From an uncultured Spirochaetales bacterium (GTDB lineage: Bacteria > Spirochaetota > Spirochaetia > DSM-27196 > DATKUC01): 64,000 bases of DNA. Each line of letters starts with the position of its first letter. Within the stretch, counting starts at the first letter, position 1. The notes beneath the pieces are model-generated. The model was not told the DNA's origin, ran no database searches, and saw only the letters and a program-made list of their open reading frames with translations. The stretch covers positions 4,402-68,401 of the forward strand of contig CAZKMA010000021.1 in NCBI GenBank assembly GCA_964553615.1. Reading direction: 5' to 3'. A program made the translations under genes and the position numbers. This document shows, one piece after another, positions 1 to 9,373 of the stretch.

Positions 1-74
1 TGCCGGCCATACTCTTCTATTTTTCGGCCCAACGGTACATCGTGAAGGGTGTGACCCAGGGCGCGATCAAGTAG
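1..74 (+). CDS. carbohydrate ABC transporter permease, 3' end only (gene begins upstream of window)
   Basis: Frame 3 reads PAILFYFSAQRYIVKGVTQGAIK followed by TAG at 72-74. The QRY[IF]VKG.T.GA[IV]K tail is the typical C-terminus of MalG/BPD-type sugar ABC permeases. Confidence 0.6.
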   Translation, partial: PAILFYFSAQRYIVKGVTQGAIK

Positions 75-129
75 ACTCATCGGTTGTCCGGCCGCTGAAC
101 GACGCGCGCTTCTGGAGTATGATGGGGGA

Positions 130-1737
130 ATGGAGAACAAGCGCCTTTCGGGGTCAACGCACGGCAATAAACCGATAAGGAATTCATCCCACGGCACGCG
201 CGCACACACGGCGCCAGAGCCGTTTCGCGTAAAGCAGCGGGATCGGCAGTCAATTGAGCTGAAGTTTCGCTACATGCTCAGCCGCGAGCTCCGGCGCAAT
301 CGTCAGACATCGGATGTGAGCATCTATTTTTTCCTTCCGTACTCATTCAACGTCGGTCCGGATAACTACGACCGCAGTTCCTTTTATGACGATTTGAAGC
401 TCTATCTTCGTTTCAATACCCCGACCCTTACGGCCCAGGAGCTTCTGTCCCGTGAGTCCCGCATATCGCCCCTGGTCCGGGTTGAGCGCATGATACGCGC
501 CGCCCGAAGAGAGGGAAAGTCGATAGACAGCCGGAATTGCGTGTACGAGGGCAAGCTCCTCGGATGTATCTACAAATCACTCCTGCGGGATGTATTCGGC
601 AGCGCAGCCGCGGTATCTCCGCTTGGCCGGGAGACTTCCGTCTCTGGAGTCCGTGAATCCTTCAAGGAGATTCGCGACATTGCGCGGAGATTTCACCGTG
701 CAACCTCCGCAATAGAACAAAGGGTGAACGACGCCGATCCGGATCTTGTTCAGCACATGCGGATGATAGATGAGCATCTTTCGCTGCTGATCGAGAAATA
801 TGCGGCCACGCTCTTTCAGCGTCTTCGTGGTGGTGCGTCACGGGAGTTGCGGCATCAGTTGTCCCGTATTATTGCCAAGGAGATCGGTTACCGTGAGAAC
901 GCCGGCTATCCGACTGTCATCCGCGGCAGGCCCGATGAGGCAAAATTGGAGGAACACATCTACCGGGAGAAGATCCTGAAACGGTACGCTTCCGAAGTGC
1001 TGTTCTTTGATGTCAGACGCCGCAACACCGGGAAAGGCATGGAGCAGGTGCTTTACGCAGTGGCTGCCGGAATTGCCATGATTTTTGCAACCGGAATGGC
1101 ATTCCTCGGGCAATCCACCTACGGAAGGCTCACGACCTCGCTCTTCATCGTTCTGGTTGTGAGCTACATGCTCAAGGACCGGATGAAAGACTTTTTCCGG
1201 GATGCCTTTCGAAAAAGACTCGGCAGCCATTTTTTCGATCGAAGCGCACGGCTCTACGATTCACGGCACAGACGGAAACTTGCCATTGTCAGGGAAAGGA
1301 CCTCGTTTATTGCAGAGACGCGTATTGATCCTGTCGTCCGGGAGCTCAGGAATCGCGGAACCTTCGAGCGGGCGCTTGCGCGCACCACCGCCGAATCCGT
1401 ATTTCGTTACCACAAGAGGATTGTCCTGTTCACCAGGACTATGAAAGGAATTCACCGACGAATATCCGGGGTAGCCGACATCAGCATCATAGACCTGGGA
1501 GGCTTCCTTCGCGGTCTGGCGTCCCAACGCGGCCTCATTCCCTCGTTGGACGACAAGGGATCGATCGAGCTCAATCCGGTAAAACGGATCTACCACCTCA
1601 ACATGATTGTTCAAATGAAGACCGGTGATTCCGAAAGACAGTATCGCTACCGGATGATCATGGATGCGGGCGGCATTGTGCGCATCGAGCCGGTGGAAGG
1701 CGTGGATCCGATAGGCGGGGAACCGGTCGATTCTTAA
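130..1737 (+). CDS. hypothetical membrane protein (535 aa), no family recognised
   Basis: Long uninterrupted ORF. It has a charged N-terminal half, two central hydrophobic helices (VLYAVAAGIAMIFATGMAFLG and LTTSLFIVLVVSYML) and an Arg-rich C-terminal half. Opposite-strand ORFs inside it are shorter and look like shadows. Confidence 0.6.
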   Translation: MENKRLSGSTHGNKPIRNSSHGTRAHTAPEPFRVKQRDRQSIELKFRYMLSRELRRNRQTSDVSIYFFLPYSFNVGPDNYDRSSFYDDLKLYLRFNTPTLTAQELLSRESRISPLVRVERMIRAARREGKSIDSRNCVYEGKLLGCIYKSLLRDVFGSAAAVSPLGRETSVSGVRESFKEIRDIARRFHRATSAIEQRVNDADPDLVQHMRMIDEHLSLLIEKYAATLFQRLRGGASRELRHQLSRIIAKEIGYRENAGYPTVIRGRPDEAKLEEHIYREKILKRYASEVLFFDVRRRNTGKGMEQVLYAVAAGIAMIFATGMAFLGQSTYGRLTTSLFIVLVVSYMLKDRMKDFFRDAFRKRLGSHFFDRSARLYDSRHRRKLAIVRERTSFIAETRIDPVVRELRNRGTFERALARTTAESVFRYHKRIVLFTRTMKGIHRRISGVADISIIDLGGFLRGLASQRGLIPSLDDKGSIELNPVKRIYHLNMIVQMKTGDSERQYRYRMIMDAGGIVRIEPVEGVDPIGGEPVDS

Positions 1738-1763
1738 TCCGAGTAATTTTATCAGCTAAACAC

Positions 1764-1793
1764 TTGACCATACCTCGTCTCTGTCGCTATATT
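1764..1793 (+). promoter_or_regulatory. sigma70-like promoter upstream of marR-wrbA (TTGACC-18 nt-TATATT)
   Basis: TTGACC at 1764-1769 and TATATT at 1788-1793, with an 18-nt spacer. It lies in the gap upstream of the MarR gene. Confidence 0.45.
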
Positions 1794-1808
1794 GTTCAAC
1801 ATAGAACA

Positions 1809-1822
1809 GTTCGATGTCGAAC
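1809..1822 (+). promoter_or_regulatory. perfect palindrome GTTCGAtgTCGAAC, candidate MarR operator
   Basis: A 6+2+6 inverted repeat sits about 16 nt downstream of the predicted -10, directly upstream of a MarR-family gene. A related half-site, cgaac/gttc, flanks it. Confidence 0.4.
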
Positions 1823-1928
1823 TAAATGCATGTCGAATGTTCTTTTGCCCGTCATCCTGGTGACGGACCGGAACGCTGCTGTTACGCGCGGACAGCAGCG
1901 GCCGGACCAGGGCGGAAAAGGAGTTGCT

Positions 1929-2393
1929 GTGGGAACGAAGTATCAGGGAACAGAGCAGGAAGTGCTGGCCTTGAATACGTTCATACGACTTCAGCGTGCC
2001 GTGGGCGCCGTGGAAGGGTACCTCGGCCGGACGGATCCCTTCCCCGACCGGTTGACCGTAAGCCAGTTCGGCGTTCTCGAAGCGCTGCTCCACCTGGGGC
2101 CGTTATGCCAGAATGAGCTTGGGGCGAAAATCCTGAAGAGCAAGGCGAACATAACCGTTGTCGTCGATCATCTGGAGCGGGCCGGGCTCGTTTTGAGGGC
2201 CCCTCACCCGACAGACCGGCGAATGGTGCGTGTCGAGTTGACTCCCGAAGGGCGCAAATTGATAACAGAGATCTTTCCCGCTCGACTCCGGTCGATCGTG
2301 GAAGCCTTCAGCGTTCTGAGTTCCACCGAACAGGTGCAGCTTGGGACTCTGTGCAGGAAACTAGGTATTGGACTACAGGAGAGAGGAGACTGA
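1929..2393 (+). CDS. MarR family transcriptional regulator
   Basis: Winged-helix MarR pattern (LTVSQFGVLEALLHLGPLCQNELGAKILKSKANITVVVDHLERAGLVLRAPHPTDRRMVRVELTPEGR). I prefer the in-frame GTG at 1929, preceded by AAAGGAG, over the track start at 1764, which would include the promoter. Confidence 0.85.
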   Translation: MGTKYQGTEQEVLALNTFIRLQRAVGAVEGYLGRTDPFPDRLTVSQFGVLEALLHLGPLCQNELGAKILKSKANITVVVDHLERAGLVLRAPHPTDRRMVRVELTPEGRKLITEIFPARLRSIVEAFSVLSSTEQVQLGTLCRKLGIGLQERGD

Positions 2394-2396
2394 GAT

Positions 2397-3005
2397 ATGA
2401 AGATAAAGGTAATTTTCTACTCGACATATGGTCACATGTTGCAGATGGCAAAGGCCGCAGCCGAAGGTGTAAAAGAGGCCGGTGCGGAGGTCGAGCTGCT
2501 TCGCATTCCGGAGACGCTTCCGAATGAAGTTCTGGAACAGATGGGCGCGCTCGAGGCCCAGAAGCAGTTTGCCGACATTCCGCTGGCAACGGTGGAATCG
2601 CTCGCGGAAGCTGATGGTTTCATTTTCGGCGTCCCGACCAAGTATGGAACGATGGCATATCAGGTGAAACAGTTCCTGGATCAGACCGGTCAGCTGTGGG
2701 CAACCCAGGCACTCGGGAACAAGCCTGCCGCGGTCATGTCGAGCACGGCGACTCAGCACGGGGGACAGGAGATGGCACTCATCTCAATGTATGTTTCGCT
2801 CATGCACCACGGCATGATACCCGTGGGACTGCCGTATTCTTACCAGGGGCAGATGGGCGTTGACGAAGTTGTCGGTGGATCACCCTACGGCGCAACAACA
2901 AGCACCGGCGGAGACGGTTCCCGCATGCCGAGCAAGCGCGAGCTGGACGGAGCCCACTACCAGGGAAAGAGACTCGCGGAGATCGCGAAGAAATTGAGTG
3001 CCTGA
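2397..3005 (+). CDS. wrbA: NAD(P)H:quinone oxidoreductase, WrbA type (flavodoxin-like)
   Basis: MKIKVIFYSTYGH...GFIFGVPTKYGTMAYQVKQFLDQTGQLW...STATQHGGQE matches WrbA along its full length. It starts 3 nt after the marR stop. Confidence 0.9.
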   Translation: MKIKVIFYSTYGHMLQMAKAAAEGVKEAGAEVELLRIPETLPNEVLEQMGALEAQKQFADIPLATVESLAEADGFIFGVPTKYGTMAYQVKQFLDQTGQLWATQALGNKPAAVMSSTATQHGGQEMALISMYVSLMHHGMIPVGLPYSYQGQMGVDEVVGGSPYGATTSTGGDGSRMPSKRELDGAHYQGKRLAEIAKKLSA

Positions 3006-3029
3006 GCGCGGACACATCTCCAGCAATGA

Positions 3030-3067
3030 GGGCCGATCGGCGAAACGCCGACCGGCCCATTTTTTTT
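3030..3067 (+). terminator. Rho-independent terminator after wrbA
   Basis: A 13-bp GC-rich stem (gggccgatcggcg / cgccgaccggccc, one mismatch) with loop aaa, followed by a T8 run at 3060-3067. Confidence 0.85.
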
Positions 3068-3127
3068 CCGAAGGTCTTCGGCACGCCGCTCTTGGCCAGT
3101 TCCGAAGTCATCTGCTACTATCAATTC

Positions 3128-4381
3128 ATGCAATTCTCTCAATTCGGTGAAAAGCTTGCCGGCCATTCGGGGATACTCCAGCTCATGGACGATCTCGGCA
3201 AGGCGTTGCAGGGGCCTGAGAAGGTACAGATGCTCGGCGGAGGAAACCCGGCGCATCTGCCGCAGATGAATGCGCTCTGGAGAGCGCGGATGGGCGAAAT
3301 CCTTGCCAATCAGGATGAGTTCGAGCATATGGTTGCGGACTACGACACGCCCCGCGGAAAGGACGCATTTCTGGAGTCGATCGCCGGGTTCCTCCGACGA
3401 CAGTACGGATGGGCAATCGGCCCGGAAAATGTCGCAGTTACCAATGGCAGCCAGAGTGCGTTTTTTTTCCTCTTCAACATGCTTGCGGGCCCGTATCCGG
3501 ACGGAACCAACCGCAGGATTCTCTTTCCGCTGGTACCGGAGTACATCGGGTATGCGGATCAGGGTGCTCACGACGATATGTTTGTCGCGGCCATGCCTAA
3601 AATCGACGAGCTGGAGGATCGTTCCTTCAAATACCATGTGAACTTTGATCAGCTCCCGATCGACGACACGGTTTCTGCCATCTGTGTTTCGCGGCCAACA
3701 AACCCGACCGGAAATGTTCTGACCGACACTGAAGTTCTTCATCTGGCTTCGCTTGCCGAGGAACGCGGAATTCCACTTCTTGTAGATAATGCGTACGGCA
3801 TGCCGTTCCCCGGCATCATATTCACGGACGCTTCTCCGGTATGGAACAGGAACATTGTGCTCAGCATGAGCCTTTCCAAGCTTGGACTCCCGGCGGTCAG
3901 AACAGGTATCGTCGTGGGACGTGAGGACATCATCCAGGCGCTTTCGAGTGTAAACGCAATTGCGAGTCTCGCGAACGGGAGCCTCGGGCAGGTTCTTACG
4001 AAGCCCCTGTTCGACGATGGGAGTATCGTTTCCCTCGTTTCGGAGGTTGTGCGTCCGTTCTACGAAGCGCGCGCGAAGCAGGCACGATCCTGGATTCGCG
4101 AATATTTCCCCGCCGATCTGGACTACGCCGTACACGTGTGTGAGGGATCTCTCTTTCTCTGGATCTGGTTCCGGGGACTGAGCGGCACCTCACGCGAGCT
4201 GTACGAACGGCTGAAGCGGCGGGGTGTTATCATTGTGCCCGGGGAGTACTTCTTTTTCGGCATTGAGGAAGACTGGCCGCACAGGAGACAGTGCATACGC
4301 GTAAACTACTGTCACAACGAAGAATCCGTGCGGACCGGCATCAAAATAATTGGCGAAGAGGCGCAGAACCTCTCCCGATGA
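3128..4381 (+). CDS. avtA: valine-pyruvate aminotransferase-like PLP aminotransferase
   Basis: MQFSQFGEKLAGHSGILQLMDDLG...LGGGNPAHLP...YDTPRGKDAFLESIAGFLRRQYGW...SLSKLGLP (PLP-Lys context) resembles AvtA. The start is moved to the ATG at 3128 because the track start at 3026 overlaps the wrbA terminator. Confidence 0.8.
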   Translation: MQFSQFGEKLAGHSGILQLMDDLGKALQGPEKVQMLGGGNPAHLPQMNALWRARMGEILANQDEFEHMVADYDTPRGKDAFLESIAGFLRRQYGWAIGPENVAVTNGSQSAFFFLFNMLAGPYPDGTNRRILFPLVPEYIGYADQGAHDDMFVAAMPKIDELEDRSFKYHVNFDQLPIDDTVSAICVSRPTNPTGNVLTDTEVLHLASLAEERGIPLLVDNAYGMPFPGIIFTDASPVWNRNIVLSMSLSKLGLPAVRTGIVVGREDIIQALSSVNAIASLANGSLGQVLTKPLFDDGSIVSLVSEVVRPFYEARAKQARSWIREYFPADLDYAVHVCEGSLFLWIWFRGLSGTSRELYERLKRRGVIIVPGEYFFFGIEEDWPHRRQCIRVNYCHNEESVRTGIKIIGEEAQNLSR

Positions 4382-4388
4382 GGCAAAC

Positions 4389-5399
4389 ATGGTCGTAGTA
4401 ACCGGAGCGACCGGTCATCTTGGTGGCGTCCTCGTGCGGCGCCTGATCGATGCCGGTGAAACCGTCAGAGTAATTACCCGAAGGCAGAGCGTGATGAGCG
4501 GACTCGAAGGCCTTCCCGTGGAGATACACGACACCGGCCTGCTCGACACGGCCGCTCTCGAACGTGCGTTTTCCGGCGCCTCGGTCGTGTATCACGCTGC
4601 AGCACTGATCTCCTTCGCCGGCGGCAGTACGGAAGAGCTTCACCGTGTGAACGTCGACGGGACGCGAGCCGTCCTGGACGCCGCACGGAATGCCCGCATC
4701 GGACGGTTCGTCCACGTAGGCTCAATAGAGACCTTTCCCCTTACCCTTGGTAAGTTCCCGATTACCGAAGCTTCCGGGATAGATCCCCTCCATACGGTGA
4801 TGGAATACGGGAAGACGAAGGCGCTTTCGACGCAGATGGTGCTCGACGCCGCCGCGGACGGACTCGATGCGGTCGTTGTCTGTCCGACGAGTTTCCTCGG
4901 GCCGCCGGATTTTCGTCTTTCGCCCGTCGGGAGACTGATCCGTGACTTTGCGCTTGGACGGCTTCCTGCCGTGGTTGACGGCGGTTTCGACTTCGTTGAC
5001 GTCCGGGATGTGGCAGATGGAACGCTGCGTGCAGCAGAGTTCGGGAGAACGGGAGAGTGTTACCTCCTTTCCGGAAGATACACGACTCTTCCGCAGATGA
5101 TGGAGATGCTCAGGGAAATGACGGGCCTTTCGGGGCCAAAGCTCTGCCTCCCGACGCGCCTCATTCTGCCGTTCATGCCGCTCGTCGAGATGTATTACCG
5201 GATTGCGGGCAGGCCACCGCGTTTCACCCGGGACAGCCTGCACATTGTTTCTCTTCATGCCACGGTGGATTCGTCCAAGGCGAGAGACGAGCTTGGCTAC
5301 AGTCCGCGACCGCTCACTGTCACACTGTCGGACACGCTTTCATGGTTCAGACAGGCCGGAATGATCCCTCCGGAGGTGGCTACCACAGAAACGGAATGA
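4389..5399 (+). CDS. NAD-dependent epimerase/dehydratase (dihydroflavonol reductase / HpnA-like SDR)
   Basis: Rossmann motif VVVTGATGHLGGVLVRRL at the N-terminus, and a YGKTK catalytic Tyr-x3-Lys. The ATG at 4389 follows the avtA stop. Confidence 0.8.
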   Translation: MVVVTGATGHLGGVLVRRLIDAGETVRVITRRQSVMSGLEGLPVEIHDTGLLDTAALERAFSGASVVYHAAALISFAGGSTEELHRVNVDGTRAVLDAARNARIGRFVHVGSIETFPLTLGKFPITEASGIDPLHTVMEYGKTKALSTQMVLDAAADGLDAVVVCPTSFLGPPDFRLSPVGRLIRDFALGRLPAVVDGGFDFVDVRDVADGTLRAAEFGRTGECYLLSGRYTTLPQMMEMLREMTGLSGPKLCLPTRLILPFMPLVEMYYRIAGRPPRFTRDSLHIVSLHATVDSSKARDELGYSPRPLTVTLSDTLSWFRQAGMIPPEVATTETE

Positions 5400-6138
5400 C
5401 CGCGCGGCGTTCTGGAGGGTAATCGGGAAAGTTCGCATGGTACCAGCGATGATGTGAAATGCCTCGCGGCAGGAGATTTGCTATCGTAAAGACCGCGAAA
5501 GAGAGACCTGCAACTGACCACGTTGCAAGCGCAAAACCGCACCATTGGATGATTTCGCCGAAGTAGTTCGGACTCGATACATAGGTGAACATCCATCCGC
5601 GCGGAATCCGGTAGGTGCGATCTCCGGGCTTCCGGAGGGAGCGCAGGATTGCGTCCGACCTGATGTGGATTACCATTCCGGCAAGGAATATCGCTACTCC
5701 TCCGATAAACCTCGGGTCCCCGAGCCACGCGCTGCCATAGTTGATCCCGCTGTCAAACAGGTAATAACCGTTCACGTAACCGTTTGCCGTATTGTAGACC
5801 ATGGCCATGACAATCAGGATGACCGGGAAATTCCGTGGGCCCGCCTCCTTCAGCATGAATGGATAGATGAAGGTCCGGTAGACGTAGTGTACCAGCCAGA
5901 GGACAAGGAAGACGAGGGGCAGCAGGCCATGGTATGTGCCGAACAGTGCCATGAGCGCTATCACAAAGACCGCAGGTGACTCCATGATGAGCCATGCCCA
6001 GTGTGGCTTCAACGCAAGCCCCCACCCGCTCCGCATGTATCGTCCGTACGGGGCCGTCAGAAAAAAGAGTGCAACAAAAGTAAGGACGGCCGCTGCGAAT
6101 ATCGCCCAGAGCACTATGTGGTACAGATCGACGTGCAT
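5380..6138 (-). CDS. 3-oxo-5-alpha-steroid 4-dehydrogenase (SRD5A/DUF1295-like) family membrane reductase
   Basis: Polytopic protein ending ...YRIPRGWMFTYVSSPNYFGEIIQWCGFALATW...HHRWY...FPDYPPERRAVIPFLW, the hallmark C-terminal block of the steroid 5-alpha-reductase family. Its 3' end overlaps the convergent epimerase gene by 20 nt. Confidence 0.8.
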   Translation of the reverse strand: MHVDLYHIVLWAIFAAAVLTFVALFFLTAPYGRYMRSGWGLALKPHWAWLIMESPAVFVIALMALFGTYHGLLPLVFLVLWLVHYVYRTFIYPFMLKEAGPRNFPVILIVMAMVYNTANGYVNGYYLFDSGINYGSAWLGDPRFIGGVAIFLAGMVIHIRSDAILRSLRKPGDRTYRIPRGWMFTYVSSPNYFGEIIQWCGFALATWSVAGLSFAVFTIANLLPRGISHHRWYHANFPDYPPERRAVIPFLW

Positions 6139-6261
6139 AGCTCCCCCGTCCCGCTACCATACTCCGTGGAGCAGTGGTGCGGCAAGCGGATGTGCCGCGA
6201 ACGCAGACAGCTGCGGGCGCTGCAGTTGACATTTCGTGCGCTGTGCCGGTAGCATGCCGCC

Positions 6262-6717
6262 ATGATTCCGGAAAAAGTACGCACGGTGCTGGATGCCCAC
6301 GGTCTTGAGCCCCTCGAGTTTGAACCGGGCAGCACGCCCACTGCAGAGACGGCGGCGGCGAGGATTGGTGTCCTGGTGGGGCAGATTGCGAAATCCATTC
6401 TCGTTCGTGGCAAGGACGGAGTCTTCCGCATGGCCGTTCTTCGCGGCGACCGGAGGATCTCCTCTGCTCGATTCAAGGCCATTACCGGAGCAAAACATTC
6501 AATGGCCTCCGCCGAAGAGACTGAACGGGTAACCGGATTTCGCCCGGGGGGCGTGTGTCCGTTTGCCGTAAACGGTCTGGAAATCTACCTGGACCGAGGT
6601 CTCGCGGAGTATCCGCTTATCTATCCTGCGGCAGGAACGGACGCCACCGGTGTTCCCATGTCTTTCCAACAGATGGTGGAAATTACCGGCGGAACAGTCT
6701 GCGATCTGGCTGACTGA
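6262..6717 (+). CDS. YbaK/EbsC-type aminoacyl-tRNA editing (deacylase) domain protein
   Basis: 151 aa with ...GQIAKSILVRGKDG...TGFRPGGVCPF...IYLD, typical of YbaK/ProX-like trans-editing domains. Confidence 0.7.
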   Translation: MIPEKVRTVLDAHGLEPLEFEPGSTPTAETAAARIGVLVGQIAKSILVRGKDGVFRMAVLRGDRRISSARFKAITGAKHSMASAEETERVTGFRPGGVCPFAVNGLEIYLDRGLAEYPLIYPAAGTDATGVPMSFQQMVEITGGTVCDLAD

Positions 6718-6826
6718 CTCAAAATCCTGCGGCTCCTGCCGTTACACACTTTTCTCCATCACGCTGCAACTATTTCCGGACGCTCGCGGTCAGTAGTTGT
6801 ATCCCCACCGTAAGACGGAGCGTGCG

Positions 6827-8410
6827 ATGGATTTTACGAATTTCCTGCTGGTTTACCCGGAGACCCCCGACACGTACTGGAGTTACAAACATGCTATTTC
6901 CTTTGTAGGCAAGAAGGCGCTGATGCCGCCGCTCGGACTTGCCACAATTGCCGCAATGATTCCCGAACGTTACTCGGTGCGGCTTGTCGACATGAATGTA
7001 GAACCGCTTACAGACGACGACCTGAAAAGCGCAGATCTGGTTCTGCTTTCCGCCATGCTCGTGCAGAAGACTTCGTTTCAGGAAGTTGTAGCCCGATGCA
7101 ACAGGGTAGGCGTTCCCGTTGCGGCCGGTGGTCCCTATCCCACATCCTGTCCCGACGAAATGAGCGCGGTCGACTTTCTTGTTCTGAATGAGGGCGAAAC
7201 AACGTTTCCGCGGTTTCTCGACGACTGGCTTGCGGGTCAACCGCAACGGGTCTACGAGGATGCCTCCCGGCCGGATATTCGGACCGCGCCGATCCCGCGG
7301 TTCGACGTCATCGACATGGACCGTTACGACACGCTTCCGCTTCAGTTCTCGCGCGGCTGTCCGTTTCACTGCGAGTTCTGCGACATTGTGCACCTCTTCG
7401 GCCACACTCCGCGCACGAAGACCCCGGAGCAGTTCATACGCGAGCTGGATGCGGCATATCGCACCGGATTCCGGGGAAGTCTTTTCATTGTGGATGACAA
7501 TTTCATAGGAAACAAGCACGCGGTGAAGCGTCTGCTGCCCGCGATTGAAGCCTGGCAGCAGAAGCACGGGATGCCGTACCAGTTAGCTACGGAAGCGAGC
7601 CTGAATCTTGCCGCGGACGACGAGCTGCTCGCCATGATGGAACGAGCCGGCTTTGTCATGGCGTTCATTGGAATTGAGTCCCCGGTAGAGGAATCACTGA
7701 ATCTGGTTGGGAAGACTCAGAACCTGCAGAATGACATGGCACAGGCGATACGGAAGATCCAGAGCCACGGCATTGAAGTAACGGCAGGCTTTATCGTCGG
7801 ATTCGATACCGATCCGATCGACATTTTTGACCGGCAGATCCGGTTCGTGGAGGAACTTGCGGTGCCGGTGGCGATGGTCGGACTCCTGATGGCGCTTCCG
7901 CATACGAAACTCTGGGAGCGGCTGGATGCAGAAGGCCGCATCCTTTCCCGGTCGGACGGGAACAACACTCACGGTTCACTCCTCAATTTCAGGACTACCC
8001 GCGATCCGGTGGAACTTGTCCGTGGTTACCGCCGGGTTCTCGGAACAATATACCGTCCGCGCAACTACTTCCATCGGTGCATCGAACTGCTTCGGAGGCT
8101 TCCGGCAATTCGACCCGCACACGGCTCGGGGAACCGGATTCACTATAGGGAATTGCGGGCGCTGGCGCGGTCACTGGCCGTACAGACCTTCTCGAGATAC
8201 GGATTCAGCTATCTTGGATATCTCGTTCATGCACTGATCGTGAAGCCTTCACAGGTGGTCAGGATTTTTACGCTGGCCATCCAGGGACACCATTTCTTCA
8301 CTATTACACGTGCAATGCTCCAGGATCTCCCGCAGGTTGCCGAAGCGCCGGCGAAGAGGGAAAGGGCTCGCCGCAGCAGCAGTGCACAACCCGTCAGTGT
8401 TCGCCTTTGA
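6827..8410 (+). CDS. B12-binding domain radical SAM protein (DUF4070-type C-terminus)
   Basis: N-terminal cobalamin-binding-like fold (LGLATIAAMIP...DLVLLSAML). It also has the radical SAM CxxxCxxC motif (FSRGCPFHCEFCDI) and a long helical C-terminal extension. The ATG at 6827 is preferred. Confidence 0.85.
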   Translation: MDFTNFLLVYPETPDTYWSYKHAISFVGKKALMPPLGLATIAAMIPERYSVRLVDMNVEPLTDDDLKSADLVLLSAMLVQKTSFQEVVARCNRVGVPVAAGGPYPTSCPDEMSAVDFLVLNEGETTFPRFLDDWLAGQPQRVYEDASRPDIRTAPIPRFDVIDMDRYDTLPLQFSRGCPFHCEFCDIVHLFGHTPRTKTPEQFIRELDAAYRTGFRGSLFIVDDNFIGNKHAVKRLLPAIEAWQQKHGMPYQLATEASLNLAADDELLAMMERAGFVMAFIGIESPVEESLNLVGKTQNLQNDMAQAIRKIQSHGIEVTAGFIVGFDTDPIDIFDRQIRFVEELAVPVAMVGLLMALPHTKLWERLDAEGRILSRSDGNNTHGSLLNFRTTRDPVELVRGYRRVLGTIYRPRNYFHRCIELLRRLPAIRPAHGSGNRIHYRELRALARSLAVQTFSRYGFSYLGYLVHALIVKPSQVVRIFTLAIQGHHFFTITRAMLQDLPQVAEAPAKRERARRSSSAQPVSVRL

Positions 8411-8473
8411 ATACGCTCGGGGAAGGTGATAGGATGTTCACCATAGAGTCCGTTAGTGGCAAAAGGAGAAATC

Positions 8474-8815
8474 ATGGGGTCGGTTCCTTCCGCGGCTGCA
8501 CAGATCATGGTGACGGTAATTCCAATTGTTGCGATCGTCCTGGGATCTGCGGTTGTTTTTTTCTACCTCCTGTGGCGGCACAAACAGCGTATTCTCATGA
8601 TAGAGAAGGGGATGTCACCTCATCAGCCGTTCGATATGTTGTCTTTCAGTCTGCTGGCGGGCCTGCTGAATTTTGGTGTTGGGTTGGTGCTGTCGATCTT
8701 CTTCCTCGTGAAGGAGGGAGCGAGCTACAGCCTGCTGGGCGGACTCATACCGTTTTCAATTGGTTTGAGTCTTCTCGCATTCTATCGGGCGAAGCGGGCG
8801 AACAACGACAGATGA
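8474..8815 (+). CDS. small polytopic membrane protein (3-4 TM) preceding an ECF sigma factor
   Basis: The ATG at 8474 is preceded by AAAGGAG. The protein is hydrophobic (IMVTVIPIVAIVLGSAVVFFYLLW...LLAGLLNFGVGLVLSIFF...). Its stop overlaps the sigma start in ATGA (8812-8815). Confidence 0.65.
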   Translation: MGSVPSAAAQIMVTVIPIVAIVLGSAVVFFYLLWRHKQRILMIEKGMSPHQPFDMLSFSLLAGLLNFGVGLVLSIFFLVKEGASYSLLGGLIPFSIGLSLLAFYRAKRANNDR

Positions 8816-9372
8816 CTCCGGACAGGAATCCGGACATCGCGGATGTCGATATCGTAAAGAGAGTGGTTCAAGGAGAAACCGAACTGTTCCGGCATATCGT
8901 TACGCGATACCAGCGGCGTGTTATCGCCATGGGTATACGTTTTCTTCATAATCGGGAAGCGTCCGAAGACTATGCGCAGGAGGTATTCATCCGGGTCTAT
9001 CGCAATCTCCATACGTTTCGGGGCGAGTCGCGGTTCTATTCCTGGCTCATGCGCATTGCCTATCACATGGCAATCGACGCCAGCGCCTCCCGGAAACGGA
9101 CCGACAGCCTCGGGGACTTCGAACCGCAGGATGGCGCGGACACTCCCGAGCAACAACTGCTTCGGCGCCAGGCGGCGGGGGCCATCCGGGACGCAATGAA
9201 AGAGCTTTCTCCCTATCACGCAGTGTGCATTGACCTGTATTTCTTTTTCGATCTCCGCTACGAGGAGATCAGCAACATGACCGGTTATCCCCTCAACACC
9301 GTTAAGTCCCATGTCAGGCGTGCAAAGGTCAAGCTGAGGCAGATTCTCGACGATTCGGTATCGGAGGTATGA
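8812..9372 (+). CDS. ECF (sigma-70 family group 4) RNA polymerase sigma factor
   Basis: Region 2 (EDYAQEVFIRVYRNLHTFRGESRFYSWLMRIAYHMAID) and region 4 (EISNMTGYPLNTVKSHVRRAKVKLRQ) are both present. The longer track ORF from 8407 is rejected because it overlaps the membrane protein gene. Confidence 0.9.
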   Translation: MTPDRNPDIADVDIVKRVVQGETELFRHIVTRYQRRVIAMGIRFLHNREASEDYAQEVFIRVYRNLHTFRGESRFYSWLMRIAYHMAIDASASRKRTDSLGDFEPQDGADTPEQQLLRRQAAGAIRDAMKELSPYHAVCIDLYFFFDLRYEEISNMTGYPLNTVKSHVRRAKVKLRQILDDSVSEV

Positions 9373-9373
9373 A

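Noticed and set aside
2957-4135. 392-aa ORF on the minus strand
   Set aside because: It is entirely antisense to the well-supported avtA gene. The translation is Arg/Pro/Ser-rich with no motifs, a typical GC-rich shadow ORF.
5380-5399. 20-nt overlap of the convergent epimerase and SRD5A-like genes, considered as a possible mis-assembly or antisense regulation site
   Set aside because: Both proteins have complete, family-typical C-termini. Short convergent overlaps are common in compact GC-rich genomes, and nothing further supports a special role.
8407-8811. Upstream 135 codons of the 321-aa ORF containing the ECF sigma factor
   Set aside because: This stretch is Cys/Gly-rich nonsense that overlaps, out of frame, the hydrophobic membrane-protein ORF, which has a proper RBS. 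The sigma domain begins at the ATG at 8812 and is coupled by ATGA.
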